Source: Mobula hypostoma
Lineage: Eukaryota
Assembly: GCF_963921235.1 (NCBI RefSeq)
Contig: NC_086118.1
Span: forward strand, 22,136,001-22,196,000
Length of the DNA stretch: 60,000 bases
Direction of reading: 5' to 3'
The notes beneath the pieces are model-generated. The model ran no database searches. It saw nothing but the letters and a program-made list of their open reading frames with translations, and had not been told where the DNA came from. This document shows positions 40,650 through 55,007 of this stretch, piece after piece (position 1 is the first letter of the stretch; each line of letters begins with the position of its first letter). The position numbers and the translations under genes were made by a program.

Positions 40650-40985
40650 AATGAATCAGGTTTATTATCGTTGTCTAGTATCACCAGTAGTTTGTTATTT
40701 CGTGGCAGCAAAACTAGAGCATCACTTAAAATTACAAAATAGGTAGTGCAAAAGAAGGAATAATGAGGTAGTATCCACGAGTTCATGAATTGTTCAGAAA
40801 TGTGATGATAGAGAGGGAAAAAACTGTTCCTGAATCATTAGTTGTGATCTTCAGGCATCTGTACCTCCACACCTTTGCCAATAATGAGAAGAGGGCATGG
40901 TGAAGGTCCTTAATGACAGATGCCAACTTTTTGATGCATTGTTTCTTGAAGATGTGCTCAATGTTGGGGAGGATTTGTGATGATG
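40650..40985 (-). mobile_element. Rex1/Babar 3' fragment
   Basis: KKLASVIKDLHHALFSLL...RYRCLK; tail ATAAACCTGATTC. Confidence 0.8.
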
Positions 40986-41062
40986 TTGGATTTAGTCGCA
41001 AAGGCCTTAAGCCTTATCGGATATAGATAGCCTCGAGTATGCTGATGAAAGGAAGATTATAT

Positions 41063-41943
41063 TGTAACTACCCGATCTTCAAAGACTAGTTCACTTCCCG
41101 ATTTATTCTCCGTGGTGAGCTTAGCTGCCAATATCCACTATTCAAGTAGTGGGTCCCCTCTCCCTGCCAAGGAGAAAATACTTCCAGCTAACAAGGTCGT
41201 TTAAAACAGTTCATTTAATTTCTGTGGTACACATTTAAATCCAAACAACACTCTTAAAACACATTTAATCTCACCCAGGATTTCTGTCTTAAACATTTCC
41301 AAATTACAAGCCATTTCTAAAACACAAACGATTTCCAAAACACAGGTGCAATTCCAACAATCTAAAAAGACATAACAATGATGCAGACGAACAAACCATC
41401 CATGCTGAAATTGAGCCCAGAAGAATGGATTCTAGTTCATTCCATGTTTCTTCTTTGCTTCTTGATGTTCCTTATGTTATTCCCAATAAGCTGAAATGCT
41501 GTCTACATTTATACCCTTTTTCCTTGCTACTTGGCTAACTGCACACGTATATAATATTTCCTCAGATACCCTTTATACACAAAAGGTCTAAAAACATCCT
41601 GAAGACATAACTCCCAGCTCCCACAATTAATGCTGTAAAACTAACTTCTCTGATTACATAAACCTTCCAACTATAAACACATCAGTAATTTGATATGCTG
41701 AATGATATTATCCATCTTGTCTGCAAGCTTCCTTGAACCAAACAACACAGTCAACTTGTCTGTTTTGAAGCAAGTCATATTAAATAACTCACTGTCTTAT
41801 AATACACCTCTTGAGCAGTTAGCCTCATGGTATGAGCCAGCAAGTCTGAGCTATAAACAGAGCTTGTTTGCAAACTTCAAACTTCAAGCTGATTACTGCT
41901 TTCCATGTATATTTTAAGAACTGAAGTCTGACTCCTACTTACA
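41063..41943 (-). mobile_element. Probable solo LTR, unclassified
   Basis: TGTAAC...CTTACA termini; minus-strand ATTAAA at ~41214-41219 and GGGTATAAATG at ~41506-41516; no clean TSD. Confidence 0.4.
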
Positions 41944-41969
41944 GCAAGAAGTTAAACAAAGGATACAAG

Positions 41970-42375
41970 TGTTGAAATGTATTCTGGACTGGGGGTGTAT
42001 CGCAGAATATTAACTTCAGACCTGAACATGGACTGTGGATTAAATTTAAAATGCAGTTCTCGACAACAGATTCCTAGAGCTGTTAATTGAAAAACCAGAC
42101 AATGTGAACTTTCATTTTGGTCGTCTGGAGTGTGGGCGCGAGGGAGGAGATGTGAAAGTTATATGTAATTTAAAGGAAGCATTGTAGATACATAGTAAAT
42201 ATAGAATTATACTTTGATATTTAGCATATAAAATGCCAGGTATTGTTGCGTTGAACAGGCCACTTCCTCCGAAAGGATCTCAATATGATGCCTGCAGTGT
42301 CTCCTTTTGTTGAATAAAAGACTACTCCATATCTACCAACTGCATCTCTCCATTGACTTGGTTCACACTACAACA
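41970..42375 (+). mobile_element. Solo LTR related to 2228-2677 and the provirus LTRs
   Basis: TGTTG...AATAAA...CTACAACA; homologous to 2228-2677; ACAAG flanks both sides if the end is taken at 42372. Confidence 0.75.
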
Positions 42376-43619
42376 AGTAGTTGGAAGTTCACTTGCACTG
42401 TTTGATCTCAAAAGTAGAAGCTGCTGTGTTTAAAAAAATAAACTTGGGAACAAGAGACCCACTAGCCTAGGAAGCCCATGATGGAACTGGCCGAATCTAC
42501 AACTCCTAACGAAGTACAGAATAAATTCTCTCCTATGCTGCTTCTCTCATACTCTTTCTCTTGTGCCCTCTCTCTCTCTGTAAAGCACTATGATTACTTT
42601 ACAGAAATAAGAAAAGTTATACATTTAAGAAACGTCTTGTTATCCACTTCTCTCTTCCCATTATGCTTAAGCTTCAGAGAACAAGCAGAATTAGAATCAG
42701 AATCAAGTTTTTTCATCATTGACTTATGTCATAAAATTTGTTGTTTTATGGAACATCATTTCTACCTCACTCCTCTATGCCTCCTCATTGCCATCTGAGA
42801 TTCTCCCAGCAACAACGGTGACACTGGTGAATTTACAGATATTTTACTTTATTCAAACATTGATGTATGATATGTGCCTAGCCACATGGTTATGAGTGTA
42901 GAGGGTAGAGCTAAGCGTGCATCATTGACTGTTGATATTCATTGAGGAGATATTATCATTGAAGCAAGGAAGAGCATCGAAAAGGAGTTATTCTTTCTAA
43001 CCCAACATTTAATTAGTGCAAATGATTTCAAAGTTCGCTCCAGCAGTAGCTGGAAGAGTTCCCAAAGAATTTGACTTTACTCTTTTGCCTGCTTGAGAAT
43101 TATGCATAAATCTTTACTGTGTGCCTAAAGAATATGCGTTGTCACAGACTGTTAAATTTGACAATTGTCTGGGTACTTAATAAATGGTGAAAAGAGAGTA
43201 ACACGAGAGATTTAGAGACTTAGGAAGCCCCTATATATAGATCATTAAAATGCCATGGATTAAAATGGAAGATAATTGTAAAAGTTCTTGGAATGGAAAC
43301 CATTACTTTCAGTAGACTGCATTACGAAGGGATAGAATTTATGCTCAAAGCCAGCTTAGAGTATACTGGAATAATGTGCATTATTGGGCGGCAGATCTTA
43401 GGAAGGAAACATGAGGAGGAATGGAACAATGACACCTCATATGTTACATTGCAACATAGAAGGCCATTTAGCCCATCATGGCTACACGGGCTTGAAAACA
43501 TTCCTATTAGTCCCAATTCCCCACTTAATTGTTTGTAACGTATTCCCTTGCCCTATACTAGGGACAATAGACAGCAGGTAACAAATCCAGCAATAATCAC
43601 TTCTCTGTACCTACCATTA

Positions 43620-44498
43620 AATACATCTTTTCCTCCTCACCTCCCTCTCCACTCTCTACATGACTCCCTTGTCCACTCATCCCTCTCCACTGATATACCT
43701 CCTGGTACTTATCCCTATAAGTGTGGCAAGTGATACATTTATCCCTAAACCTCCTCCCTCACCATCATTCAGAGGCCCCAGATAGTCTTTCCATATAATG
43801 CAACAGTTCACCTGCAAGTCTGTCAGGGTCCAGTGCATGTGGTGCAACCCCCTCTACATTAGTGAGACTTGGCACAGATCAGGGGACAGCTTTGTTCTGC
43901 ACTTATGCTCTGTCTGCAGCAAAGGGCAGGAATTCTCAATGGTCACTCATTTCGATTCCACTTCCCATTCCCATTCCAACAAGTCTGTCCAGAACCTCCT
44001 CCACTGCCGTGATGATTCCAAGCACAGGTTGAAGGAGCAATACCTCATATTTCATTCGGGTAGACTCCAACCTGATGGCAAGAACATCAATTTCTTTAAC
44101 TTTCATTAATTACTCCCCCTTCTTTCTTTTTCCATTCCCTATTCTGGTTACCCTTCTCTTCTCCTCATCTATCCATCACTTCCCTCCAGTTCCACTCCTC
44201 CATCACTGGTCACTGTACTCTCCTATCAGATTCCTACTTTACCACTTCTCCATCTGCCACCTTTTAGCTTCTTACTTCATCCTCCCTTCCCCACCCACCC
44301 ACCCACCTTTCTCCTCACCTGGTTTCAACCATCACCTACCAGCTTATCCCCCTTCTCTCCCATCATCTTCTCATTGGGGCATCTGAACCCTTCCTTCCCA
44401 TTTCTGATGAAGAGTCTAAGCCTGAATCATTGACTGTTCATTCGCCTCCATGGATGCTGCCTGACCTGCTGAGTTCCTCCAGCATTTTGTGTGTGTTG
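43620..44498 (+). mobile_element. Penelope-like element: GIY-YIG endonuclease remnant plus pseudo-LTR, inserted in a SINE
   Basis: FTCKS...LYISET...VTHFDSTSHSH...RLKEQYLIFHSGRLQPDGKNI; CTGATGA at 44404; SINE halves at ~43450-43590 and ~44500-44640. Confidence 0.85.
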
Positions 44499-45329
44499 AC
44501 TCTTTGGGATTTGCGAGGAAGTCAGAGAAGCAAGAGAAAACATAAACAGTCACAGGGTGAACTTGCAAAGTTTACACTGTCAGTATCTGAGGTCTGAATT
44601 GAAGCAGGGGCATTGAAACTGTGCAGGTAAAGCACTAACCTTGACAGTCGCTTTGCTTGATCTCTATAAAAGTGTCTTCTGATTTGCTAATCCAGCTTTG
44701 TAGACATAAGGTTATTTTCATTGGAGTTGTTTGCATTTCCAGATACTGACTCTGTTTACTAATATATCGATTCCTTGCATTTGAGATGTCGCTCAGCAAC
44801 TGTACGCCAGTGAGGTTAGTGTTGGAACTGTGGATTTGATGAATGCCATTCTGATGTGCTTACACTTAGATGTTGGCACTTAAAATGTTTGGGACTGTTA
44901 TGCTTACAAATATTCATTTTCATTACAGCTCAGGGCAGGTGGAGCTGCATTGATGGAGGGAACAGTCAGTGATACAAGCTGGGACACTGTTCACTGTGTG
45001 CATCTTTCACAGCAAAGAGAAGGTCAGGTAGGCACAGTAAGCTATTATGCCTTACCCAGTGGCACCATTCTCATCCGTTTGCCAATTCTTAGTAAATGTT
45101 CCTGGAGTTTTTACTTCTTTTGGCCAATTGCTCTATAACCATACTCTTACTCATATCAATCCACATAGCCTGTTGTCTTTTTCTGACCGTGAGAAGGCTA
45201 AATGCTTTTTTATTAGCAAAAGGATGATTCTAAACCACTAGTTAACTGTTTTTTATTTCAGGCTGTAAAGTTAAAAACTTTAATGTTAGATTGGATGGAT
45301 TCAGATTTATTAGAACAAATTGAAGTACA

Positions 45330-46022
45330 GTTTCAAGTTTCTGGGTGTCAAGCTCACTGAGGATCTAACCTGGTCCCAACATATCAATGCAGTTAAAAAG
45401 AAGGCAAGACAGCGACTATACGTCATTAGGAGTTTGAAGAGATTTGGTATGTCAACAAATACACTAAAAAGACTTCTATAGTTATACCGCGGAGAGCATT
45501 CTGACAGGTTGCATCACTGTCTGGTATGGGGTTGGGGGGAGGGGCGGCTACTTCTCTGGACCGAGAAAAGCTGCAGAGAGCTGTAAATTTAGTCGGCTCC
45601 ATCTTGGGTACTAGGCTACAAAGTACCCAGGACGTCTTCAAGGAGCAGTGTCTCAGAAAGGCAGCGTCCATTATTAAGGACCTCCAGTACCCAGGGCATG
45701 CCCTTTTCTCACTGTTACCATCGGGTTGGAGGTACAGAAGCTTGAAGGCACACACTCAGCGATTCAGGTACAGCTTCTTCCCTTCTGCCATCTGATTCCT
45801 AAATGGACATTGGACCCTTAGATACTACCTTACTTTTTTTCTAATAAATAATATTTGTTTTTTTTTGCTGAATAATTTTAATCCATTCAATATACATATA
45901 CTGCATGTGATTTAGTTGTTTATTTTTTATTATGATTATTTTATTTTGGTTTTATTTCTTCTATATTACTGCTAAGTTAACAAATTTCACGTCACATGCC
46001 AATGATAATAAACCTGATTCTG
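45330..46022 (+). mobile_element. Rex1/Babar 3' fragment
   Basis: Closely similar to 36010-36710. Confidence 0.9.
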
Positions 46023-46659
46023 TTTGTGATTGTAATTGAAGCAACACAAGATAATCGAACGGCCAGAACAATAGATGGGATCTCATAGTAACCATTGAGT
46101 CCTTAAATTATTGCCATTAAGTAGTCTATAATTTTGTCTTATCTACCATCTTAAATTCAGAAAATGTTCACTAAACGTATAAAAGCTAATAACCTTTGCA
46201 TGTTTTCTAGTACTCTGAATCCTATGTATTGTGTATATTTTAACAGTGTTTTAAAAGTCACCAAGTGGAGCTATTGCTTAAGCTAATATTCTTAATATTA
46301 GAACTGTCATTGATATAATTAATCTCCTTCTACCTTGTCTTAAGCAAAGCTGAAAGCTATTCCAATGTAATTAATATTTCAAGAATGAATCACACTTCTT
46401 CAGTTATGCACCAAGAACTATACTATGCTTAATCACCCAGGTGCTACTAGAAAGGCTGTTGGGACAGCAGTTTCAGATAGATGAAAAAGTTATTTAAAAT
46501 TGAAAGTGGTATAAATTATGTAGTGTAATTATGAAAGGAACATCTATAGTGTTTACACTTTTAAGGGACTTAGTAGCATTGATGAATAATTTATGGAAAG
46601 TGAAAAAGTTCAGCTTGTTCAAAAGTCAGTAAACAACTTCATGCCATTTTATTTTTTTT

Positions 46660-47035
46660 TTTGTTTGTTTGCCCATGATGCTGCTGGCATTTAGGGCATC
46701 ATTGAAGGTCCTCCATCTCTGTCTATCCTTGGCCATCTTCAGGGTCCTCATTTCTGCCTCTGCAGTACAGCACCAAGTTGTCTTTGGTCTCCCACGCCTC
46801 CGCTGTCCTTCAGGGGTCCAATAAAGTACTGTCTCAATGATGGAGTTGGCCTCTATTCTCATCATGTGCCAAATCCATCTCCAGCATTTCCTCATGATGC
46901 TTACGGTCTTGTCTTCTTGATGATGCTGAAGGAGTAGAGTTTGGCCGGAGATCTTTCTCAGACAGAAAATGCAGCTGATCTTACAAATGCTCATGGTATG
47001 GAATGATGACAGCATGACAAGGTCACTCATATTAA
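46660..47035 (-). mobile_element. RTE-clade LINE 3' fragment
   Basis: WRWIWHMMR...LYWTPEGQRRRGRPKTTW...RQRWR. Confidence 0.8.
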
Positions 47036-47398
47036 TGCTTTATGCTTGTTGAGAAGGTACTGTTAGGGAAGAGCAAATAGGCCAATGCACTTTAGACAGA
47101 CCCTTAATATATTGAGGTATCTTGCAGGAGGACTATCAAACAAAACATGATATCATGCTGCATGAGGAGATATCTATCCAAATGACCAAAGTTAACTCAA
47201 AGAGGTAAGTTTTAAGGATGATTATAAAGAAATATAGATCTAGAGGCAAAGAGGGCCAGGGAAGGAATTCCAGAGCTTTAACCCAGGCACATAAAGCCAC
47301 AGTTTACTTAGCGTAGTATTTAAAATACAAATGTTCACAAGGCTACAATCATTCCTTTCCCCCTACCTTCTTACCCTGGTTTCTTCCCCTTTCCTTTC

Positions 47399-47436
47399 CA
47401 GTCCTGATGAAGTGTCTTGGCCCGAAACGTTGACTA
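47399..47436 (+). ncRNA. Penelope-type minimal type I hammerhead ribozyme motif with intact core
   Basis: CAGTC-CTGATGA-AGTGTCTTGGCCC-GAAA-CGTT-GACT: stem I AGTC/GACT, palindromic stem III, GUU cleavage triplet; lies in a pseudo-LTR fragment at 47350-47490. Confidence 0.6.
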
Positions 47437-48154
47437 TTTATTCCTTTTCACAGATCCTGCCTGACCTGCTGTGTTTCTCCAGTATTTTTTTGAATATTCG
47501 GGTGAGCTCTTGTTTGTATTGGACAGACAACTGGAGATTGACCAGGAATGCCTTCAAATAATCAATCTGGAGATGCCAAAGGCATCAAAGTTTCAACTCA
47601 GATAAACCAAGGAAGAGTGGACTTGGTAATATTAATATACTTAAACATGTGGAGCAAATTGTTTTGCTGGCGGAGTGATTGCTAGCTTACCACATTTACA
47701 ACATCGAGGCTGGGAACAATATGGTTCAACCTCATTCAGTTGTCAGAGGAAGGTGGCATGAGTTGCCATGGACTAGAGCTTGTGGTGAGGACTGACAAGT
47801 GGCTTTGGTCTTTCTAATATATGGAAGGATTTTTTACACGGCCTTCATCAAACAGATATTTAACAACAGGTCACATGAGAAAATATTAGGGCATGTGAAC
47901 AGGTAGGATTATAACACCAAATTAAATTGCAAGTTATAAAACCTAAAACAGCTGGAGGAAAATTAATGAGGAAATTAAATTGTACCAGATATCCTTTGTG
48001 AACCATTTTATATTAAACATAAATTTCTCCTCTAATTCTTTCAATAGTAATGAGAAACTTTTATGGTATGTAAGGAACTGCCAGTTCACTATCAGCATGC
48101 TTCATGTTATTTTACCAGATAAACTTCATCCATGTTTGTAAGATAGAACAGTGG

Positions 48155-48845
48155 CATAAGAGAGGAGCTGGCCAGAATTGACTGGAAAAGAACACCGGCA
48201 GGGACAATGGCAGAGCAGGAATGGCTGAAATTTCTGGAAGCAATTCAGAAAGCACAGGATATATACATCCCAAAGAAGAAGTATCCTAAAGGCAAGATTA
48301 CACAACTGTGGCCAACAAGAGAAGTCAAAGCCACCATAAATACAAAGAGAGGGCATATAATAGGGCAAAAGTTAGTGGGATTGGGATAGTGAAGACCCTA
48401 GCAGAATGGTGGAAGTTCTTGGTTTCAGGGTTCATGAAGTATGTGAAGTTACCATTACTAGAGAAAAGATTCTTGGGAAACTGAAAGGTCTGAAGTTAAT
48501 TAAATCACCTGCACTAATGGTTTACACCTCAGGATTCAGAAAGAGGTGACTGAAGAGACTATGGAGGCATTAGTAATGATCTTTCAAGAATCACTAGATC
48601 CTGGAATGATTCAGGAAGACTGGAAAACTGCAAATGTCACTCCACTCTTCATGAAGGGAGAGAGGCAGAAGAAGGGAAACTATAGGCCAGTTAGTCTGAC
48701 ATCAGTGGTTGGAAAGATGCTGGAATCGATTATTAAGGATGAGGTCTCAGGGTACTTGGAGTCACATAATAAAATAGGCCTATCGTCTGCATGGTTTCCT
48801 CAAGGGAAAATCTTTTGGTCTTATGGTTTTATGGTCTTTGGTTGA
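48155..48845 (+). mobile_element. CR1 LINE with internal deletions
   Basis: EDWKTANVTPLFMKGERQKKGNYRPVSLTSVVGKMLESI joined directly to a TCTTATGG tail. Confidence 0.88.
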
Positions 48846-49105
48846 CTACAGTGAACTGTGAATTAATTCCAAAAGAAACAAAGGTTGGTGAACTAGGAAC
48901 TTTGTCTGCAGAAGACTGACTGTTGAAATGATATTTGAGAAATAGTGCAATGTTGGAAACACAGAGGCCATTTTTCATTTACTGTTTTGTAAGTTTGATA
49001 ACTCTTCAGGGTATCATGCATTGAAAGGAGATTATACAATTCCATCCTAGAAAAGGTTGGCACGAAACCAATACTTCTGGAAACCATTATCCAAATGTAA
49101 CTTCG

Positions 49106-49335
49106 CTATTTTGGACACATCTCAGGAACTGATGACGCACTGGAACGCACTGTGCTTGAAGGCAGAGTAGAAGGAAGCCGCTCCCGGGGCAGAGAGAGGA
49201 CAACCTGGATGGACAACATCAAGAGGTGGACCAGCCTCACCGCCAGAGATGCAAGAGGTTCAACTGCCGATAGATCGCAATGGAAGAAAGTGGTCGCCCA
49301 GGCTCTGGCAGAGTATGGCACATGATGGTGATGAA
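49106..49335 (+). mobile_element. RTE-clade LINE 3' end
   Basis: LEGRVEGSRSRGRERTTWMDNIKRW...DRSQWKKVV; TGATG tail. Confidence 0.8.
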
Positions 49336-49559
49336 GTTTGAAAAACATTCAAATGTAAAATACACAAATGTTTAAAATTAGTCAGAATTTTCAAAGTAAA
49401 ATTTGAAGCTTCCTGTCAAATGTCCTTTAAACCCCATGTTGCTGATATTGTTGGTTGCTGCTCAGGAGTCGAATTCTCTTCTGAGACAGAATAGAATGCT
49501 TCCAAGTTACGTTATAAGCATAACCAAAGGTGATTCAGTGTTATAGCACAAATGATGTA

Positions 49560-50945
49560 TTGCACTCTAGAAAGAGATAACTGGCCTAAATGATAACTGC
49601 CAATGGCACTGACTTTAACAATCATGAAGAGCTTTGAGCAGCTGGTAATTGATTGTAAAAAACCTTCCAGCTGCATTGGACCCTTTCCAGTTCACCTACC
49701 CCTCAAGGTGATCCATTGATGATACCGTAGCCTTGGCCCTCCACTCCGTCCTGCCCCAATGATGCTTCATTCGCCAGGATGTTGTTCATCGACTTCAACT
49801 CAGAATTTAAAATGATAATCCCTCAAAGGCTGGCAGGTAAGCTGTCTTCTTTGAGGATAGCACAGCTCTCTGTAACCGGATCTTGGACTTCCTGATGGAA
49901 AGACCCTGGTCAATCCAAGTTGACAGCAACATCTTACGCTCTGTAGCACTGAGCACTGGTGGCTCCCAGGGCTGTGTGCTCAGCCACTGTTGTTCCTGCT
50001 TCCTACTCATGATTGTGCTGCCAGATCCAGCTCAAACAGCATCGTCAAGTTCATTGATGATACAGCTGTGGTTGACTTCATCAATAACAATGGTCAGTTG
50101 GCATACACAGTGGAGGCAAATGGGCTTGTCAAATGGGGCAACAATAACAACCTGAGTCTCAATGTGGACAGCACAAAAGAGATGTTTGGTGACTTTAAGA
50201 AGGTGTAGGTCCACTACTCTCCCTTGCACATCAATGGCTCTGCCAATGGAGAGAATGAAGAGCACAAGGTTCCTTGGTATGCCCATAATGGGCAATCTAA
50301 CCTGGACCCACAACACCTCCTCACTAGCCAAGAAGACACAGCAGCATCTAAACTTACTGAGGAGATTGAGGCCTGAAAAGTTGCCCGCCCCCGTTCTAAC
50401 AATTTTCTACAGGAACACAGTCTGTCCGGCTGTCACTGTATGGTACGGAAACTGTATGGCATCAGAGCAGAAGACAGTACAGAGGACTGTAAGCACTGCT
50501 GAGACGATCACCGGAGTCTCCCATGTGACATTTACATGAGTGTTGTATTCGAAGAGCACGAAACATTGTTGAGGATCAACACTGCCCATCCCACAATTGC
50601 TTTGGCCCACTGCCGTCAGTATGGAGGTAGAGGAGCATCAGGACTAGGACTTCCAGACTGGGTAACAGCTTCTTCTCTCAGGCAACTAGACTAATGAACG
50701 CCCTGCCACCACCGAGGTCTTGTCACTAAGACAGTGAGCTGTTTACTGCTGATTATTTACCTGTATTGCACACTACATGCATTTTAAGTGATAATTTTTT
50801 CACTCATTTATGGTAATATTTTGTTTTATGTGCTGTGTGTGATCTATGTTTTCTGGATGCACCGCCGTCCGGAGGAACTTCGTTTCGTTTGGTTGTATCT
50901 AAGTACAGTCAGATGAGAATAAACTTGAAATGGAACTTGAATTTG
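49560..50945 (+). mobile_element. Rex1/Babar LINE (second subfamily), decayed RT
   Basis: LDPFQFTY, RMLFIDF, GGSQGCVLS and VKFIDDT motifs; tail AATAAACTTGAA. Confidence 0.88.
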
Positions 50946-52363
50946 AAAGGAATAGTTAGAGCTGGTGATATCCTGGCCAGAATCTATTCTTCAAACAACA
51001 TCTAAAAGTAGATAATCCACTCATTTGTTTAATGGTCACTTATGGATGATTATGTATAGTATCAATTTTATACTACAATCCTGACATTGGAATACTTAAA
51101 CATGTAAAAAAATACTTAATTTGGACTAAAACACTCAAAGTTTGCGAGAGCTGCTATATAATATATATATGAAAGATCCCTTTCGTTAGAAGTACAACAT
51201 ACATTTCGCCCTTTAGCATTTAGAATACTCCCTGCAGCTTTTGTGTACATAGTTCTCTCTCCAGTCTTAAGGAAAGGAATATTATGCTCTCCTACATATA
51301 GAATTTAAAAAATATTTATAATAACACCCTAAAGGCTTATAATTTGAAGCTGTTCTTCAACTGGTAGGATTTTGGAGTCACTGCCTATTGCAACCTTCCT
51401 AGGTTAGCAAAAGTAAACTACGTTATTACAGTCCTGGAAGAAATTTGTTTAAACCTAATCAGGGATGAATGGTAGCAAGAGGGTTGAAGTGCATGTGTGA
51501 ATTTGGACTTTGAGTATCATTACTGAATCCAAGAGATTATAGTTTTCAAGTGAGATGAAATTTATCATAATCAAATTACTGGCCCATTCAGTGGCGGCAT
51601 GTACGGGTGTGGCTTATTTAACAAAGCTAATAGCGTGCTTAGTGCCCCGCATGAATAAAGGATTCTTCCTTTTTACCTCTTGACTAAGTTGGATGAAGTA
51701 TTTGACCCTGATGTGCTGAGTAGCTAGGTTCTTGGGTTCCTCTCTCCTTTATGGAACCATTGTCTAATTTTTAAGAACTGCACTGTCTGGCACAGAACCC
51801 TTTCCAGCGTCAATTGTATACTCAGTGGCCATCTTATTAATTATCTCCCGTATCTAATGAAGTAGCTGCCGAGCGTACGTTTGTGGTCTTCTGCTGTTGT
51901 AGCCCATCCACTTTAAGGGTCACCGTGTTATGCATTCAGAGATTCTCTTTTACGCACCACTGTTGTAACCCATAGGTACTTGAATTACTGTTGCTTTCCT
52001 GTCAGCTTGTACCATTCTGTTGTGCGTGAAAATCTGAGGGGGTCAACAGTTTCTGAGAAACTCAAAATACCCCGTTTGGTATCAACAATCATTCCACGGT
52101 CAAAGTCATTTAGTTCAAATTTCTTCCCCATTCTGATGTTTGGTCTGAACAACTGAATCTCTTGATCATGTCAACGTGCTTTTACAGTGGTATGCAAAAG
52201 TTTGGGCACCCCTGGTCAAAATTTCTGTTACTGTGAATAGGTAAGCGAGTAAAAGATGGACCCTTTTTTCCAAACAAACCTTTGTTCATTGTGGCCAGAA
52301 AGTTCTATTTTAACTTCATCAGTCGACAGGACTTGTTTCCAAAATACATCAGGCTTGTTTAGA

Positions 52364-52828
52364 CAACACACATCAAAGTTGCTGGTGAACGCAGCAGGCC
52401 AGGCAGCATCTCTAGGAAGAGGTACAGTCGACGTTTCAGGCCGAGACCCTTTGTCAGGACTAACTGAAGGAAGAGTTAGTAAGAGATTTGAAAGTGGGAG
52501 GGGGAGGGGGAGATCCAAAGTGATAGGAGAAGACAGGAGGGGGAGGGATGGAGCCAAGAGCTGGACAGGTGATTGGTAAAGGGGATACGAGAGGGTCATG
52601 GGACAGGAGGTCCGGGGAGAAAGACAAGGGGGGCGAACCCAGAGGATGGGCAAGGGATATAGTCAGAGGAACAGAGGGAGAAAAAGGAGAGTGAGAGAAA
52701 GAATGTGTGTATAAAAATAAATAACAGATGGGGTACGAGGGGGAGGTGGGGCATTAGCAGAAGTTAGAGAAGTTGATGTTCATGCCATCAGGTTGGAGGC
52801 TACCCAGATGTTCATGCCATCAGGTTGG
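52364..52828 (-). mobile_element. Penelope-derived insertion in the Tc1
   Basis: 13-bp TSD AGGCTTGTTTAGA at 52351-52363 and 52829-52841; LQPDGMNINFSNF tail; hammerhead motif at 52425-52462 with CTGACAA core. Confidence 0.9.
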
Positions 52829-52860
52829 AGGCTTGTTTAGATGTTCCTTTGAACCTTTTG

Positions 52861-53413
<553 letters not shown>

Positions 53414-54440
53414 CCATGCAGGGTGCCTAAACTTCTGTTTCGGGCTCTTTTCCATCTTTGTTATTTTGAAAATGTACAAAATAGAAATAAAGAAAGTTTT
53501 CTTGCTTAAAATATTAAAGGAATGTGCCATCTTTAACTTTATGCCTTTTGGAAATCAGTTCATCTTTTACTCACTTAGCTATTCACAGTAACAGAACTTT
53601 TGACCAGGGACGCCCAAACTTTTGCATGCTACTGTATGCATTAAATTGCTGCCACATGTTTGGCTGATTAGATATTTGCATTAATGAGTATGTGGACAAG
53701 TGTAGCTAATAAAGTGGATACTGAGTGCCTGTGAATGCATTTTGTAATGATATTATTTTTTCTGATTCTGTCCTCAGAATAGAATTGTATAATAGGGAAC
53801 GCAAGTAATGTGAGGTTATTAGAAAGGTTGCAACAAGTAAACTGTAATCAATCATTCTTCCACTATTTATATTTAAGGTCTATTAACAAAAAGATTGTGG
53901 ACAGGATTGAGCAAAGCACAGGCTATGAATTACATAAAATATAATATATCTATCTATATAAATATGCATATATTATATTATATATATCTGTAACTGTCAA
54001 ACATTTTTAATTGTCACAGTGGCAAATTCATTATTGTATATTCAGCTTGTTAGTTTATACTTAAAAGTTTGCATTTTTATGGTCCTGGTAACTATATAAG
54101 GTGAAGGCAGAAGAGGATTTGTGGTCTCCTGAGTAAACAGCAGGACCAAATTGTTATGTCAAAAATAATTTAAAAAATACACACAGGAAATACAAAGCAA
54201 TCAGTAAATTCCTTTCTTACATTCATAGTGTCATCAACCCAATAAGTGTTAATTACTAATCCACAAGGGCACTCATGCATCTTCTTTGAACAATATGTAC
54301 ATTCATCATGCTTCGGAATCCATTTGTTCATCCCAGCCTGTCAAACTAATAAATACAGCCAAGGAGAGGTGTGAGATGGTCAAGATGGGGGGCAGGCAAA
54401 TAAGATTGACAGTAGAGTGAGGACATTTGAAAATGCAATA

Positions 54441-55007
54441 TGTTGTAGCGTGGATGAAATCACCAGAGAGATAGAGTCACTGGTAGATACAAAGTAGCTT
54501 CTTTATTCGACACAACAAGGTACAACAGGCATTATACGAACGGAGACGTTTTCGGTAGAAAGGTCTGCTGGCCCAATGTGGGCTCAATATTTATATGTTA
54601 AACACAAAGGCAATCACTACTTAAAAAGTTGTAGACAGTGCTTCCTTTTGAAGCTACATACAAAACATCTCACCTTCTGACTGCATCCTTTCCTTCCGAT
54701 GCCAACATGTCTGGGTTGGTATCCACAGCCTTTAGGAATGCAAGTTAAATCCACAATACATTTATTGGGAATTTTACGTGTTAACATAGAGGACAATTAA
54801 TATTATAAAGTATAGATAGTACTGTCTTCGAAACTACCTGTAAACTTCACACTTCCATCCACAGCGTCTGGCTAGTATCCTGATACTTACAGCTTTTAGG
54901 AAATGCATTGTTGTGAACCCAATCCACAGTACTTTGTCAAATAGTGGACTGGTGGCCAGAGTCATTTAAGTGCAAATAAATCATCTACCCAAAAACTCAC
55001 TCTAACA
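54441..55007 (-). repeat. 3' LTR (567 bp)
   Basis: TG...CA ends; minus-strand TATAAA at 54590-54595 and AATAAA at 54502-54507. Confidence 0.93.

Noticed and set aside
41042..41060. CTGATGAAAGG hammerhead-like start
   Set aside because: No stem II, GAAA or stem I partner follows
49129..49160. CTGATGA in the RTE fragment
   Set aside because: Lies in coding remnant and cannot form a hammerhead fold
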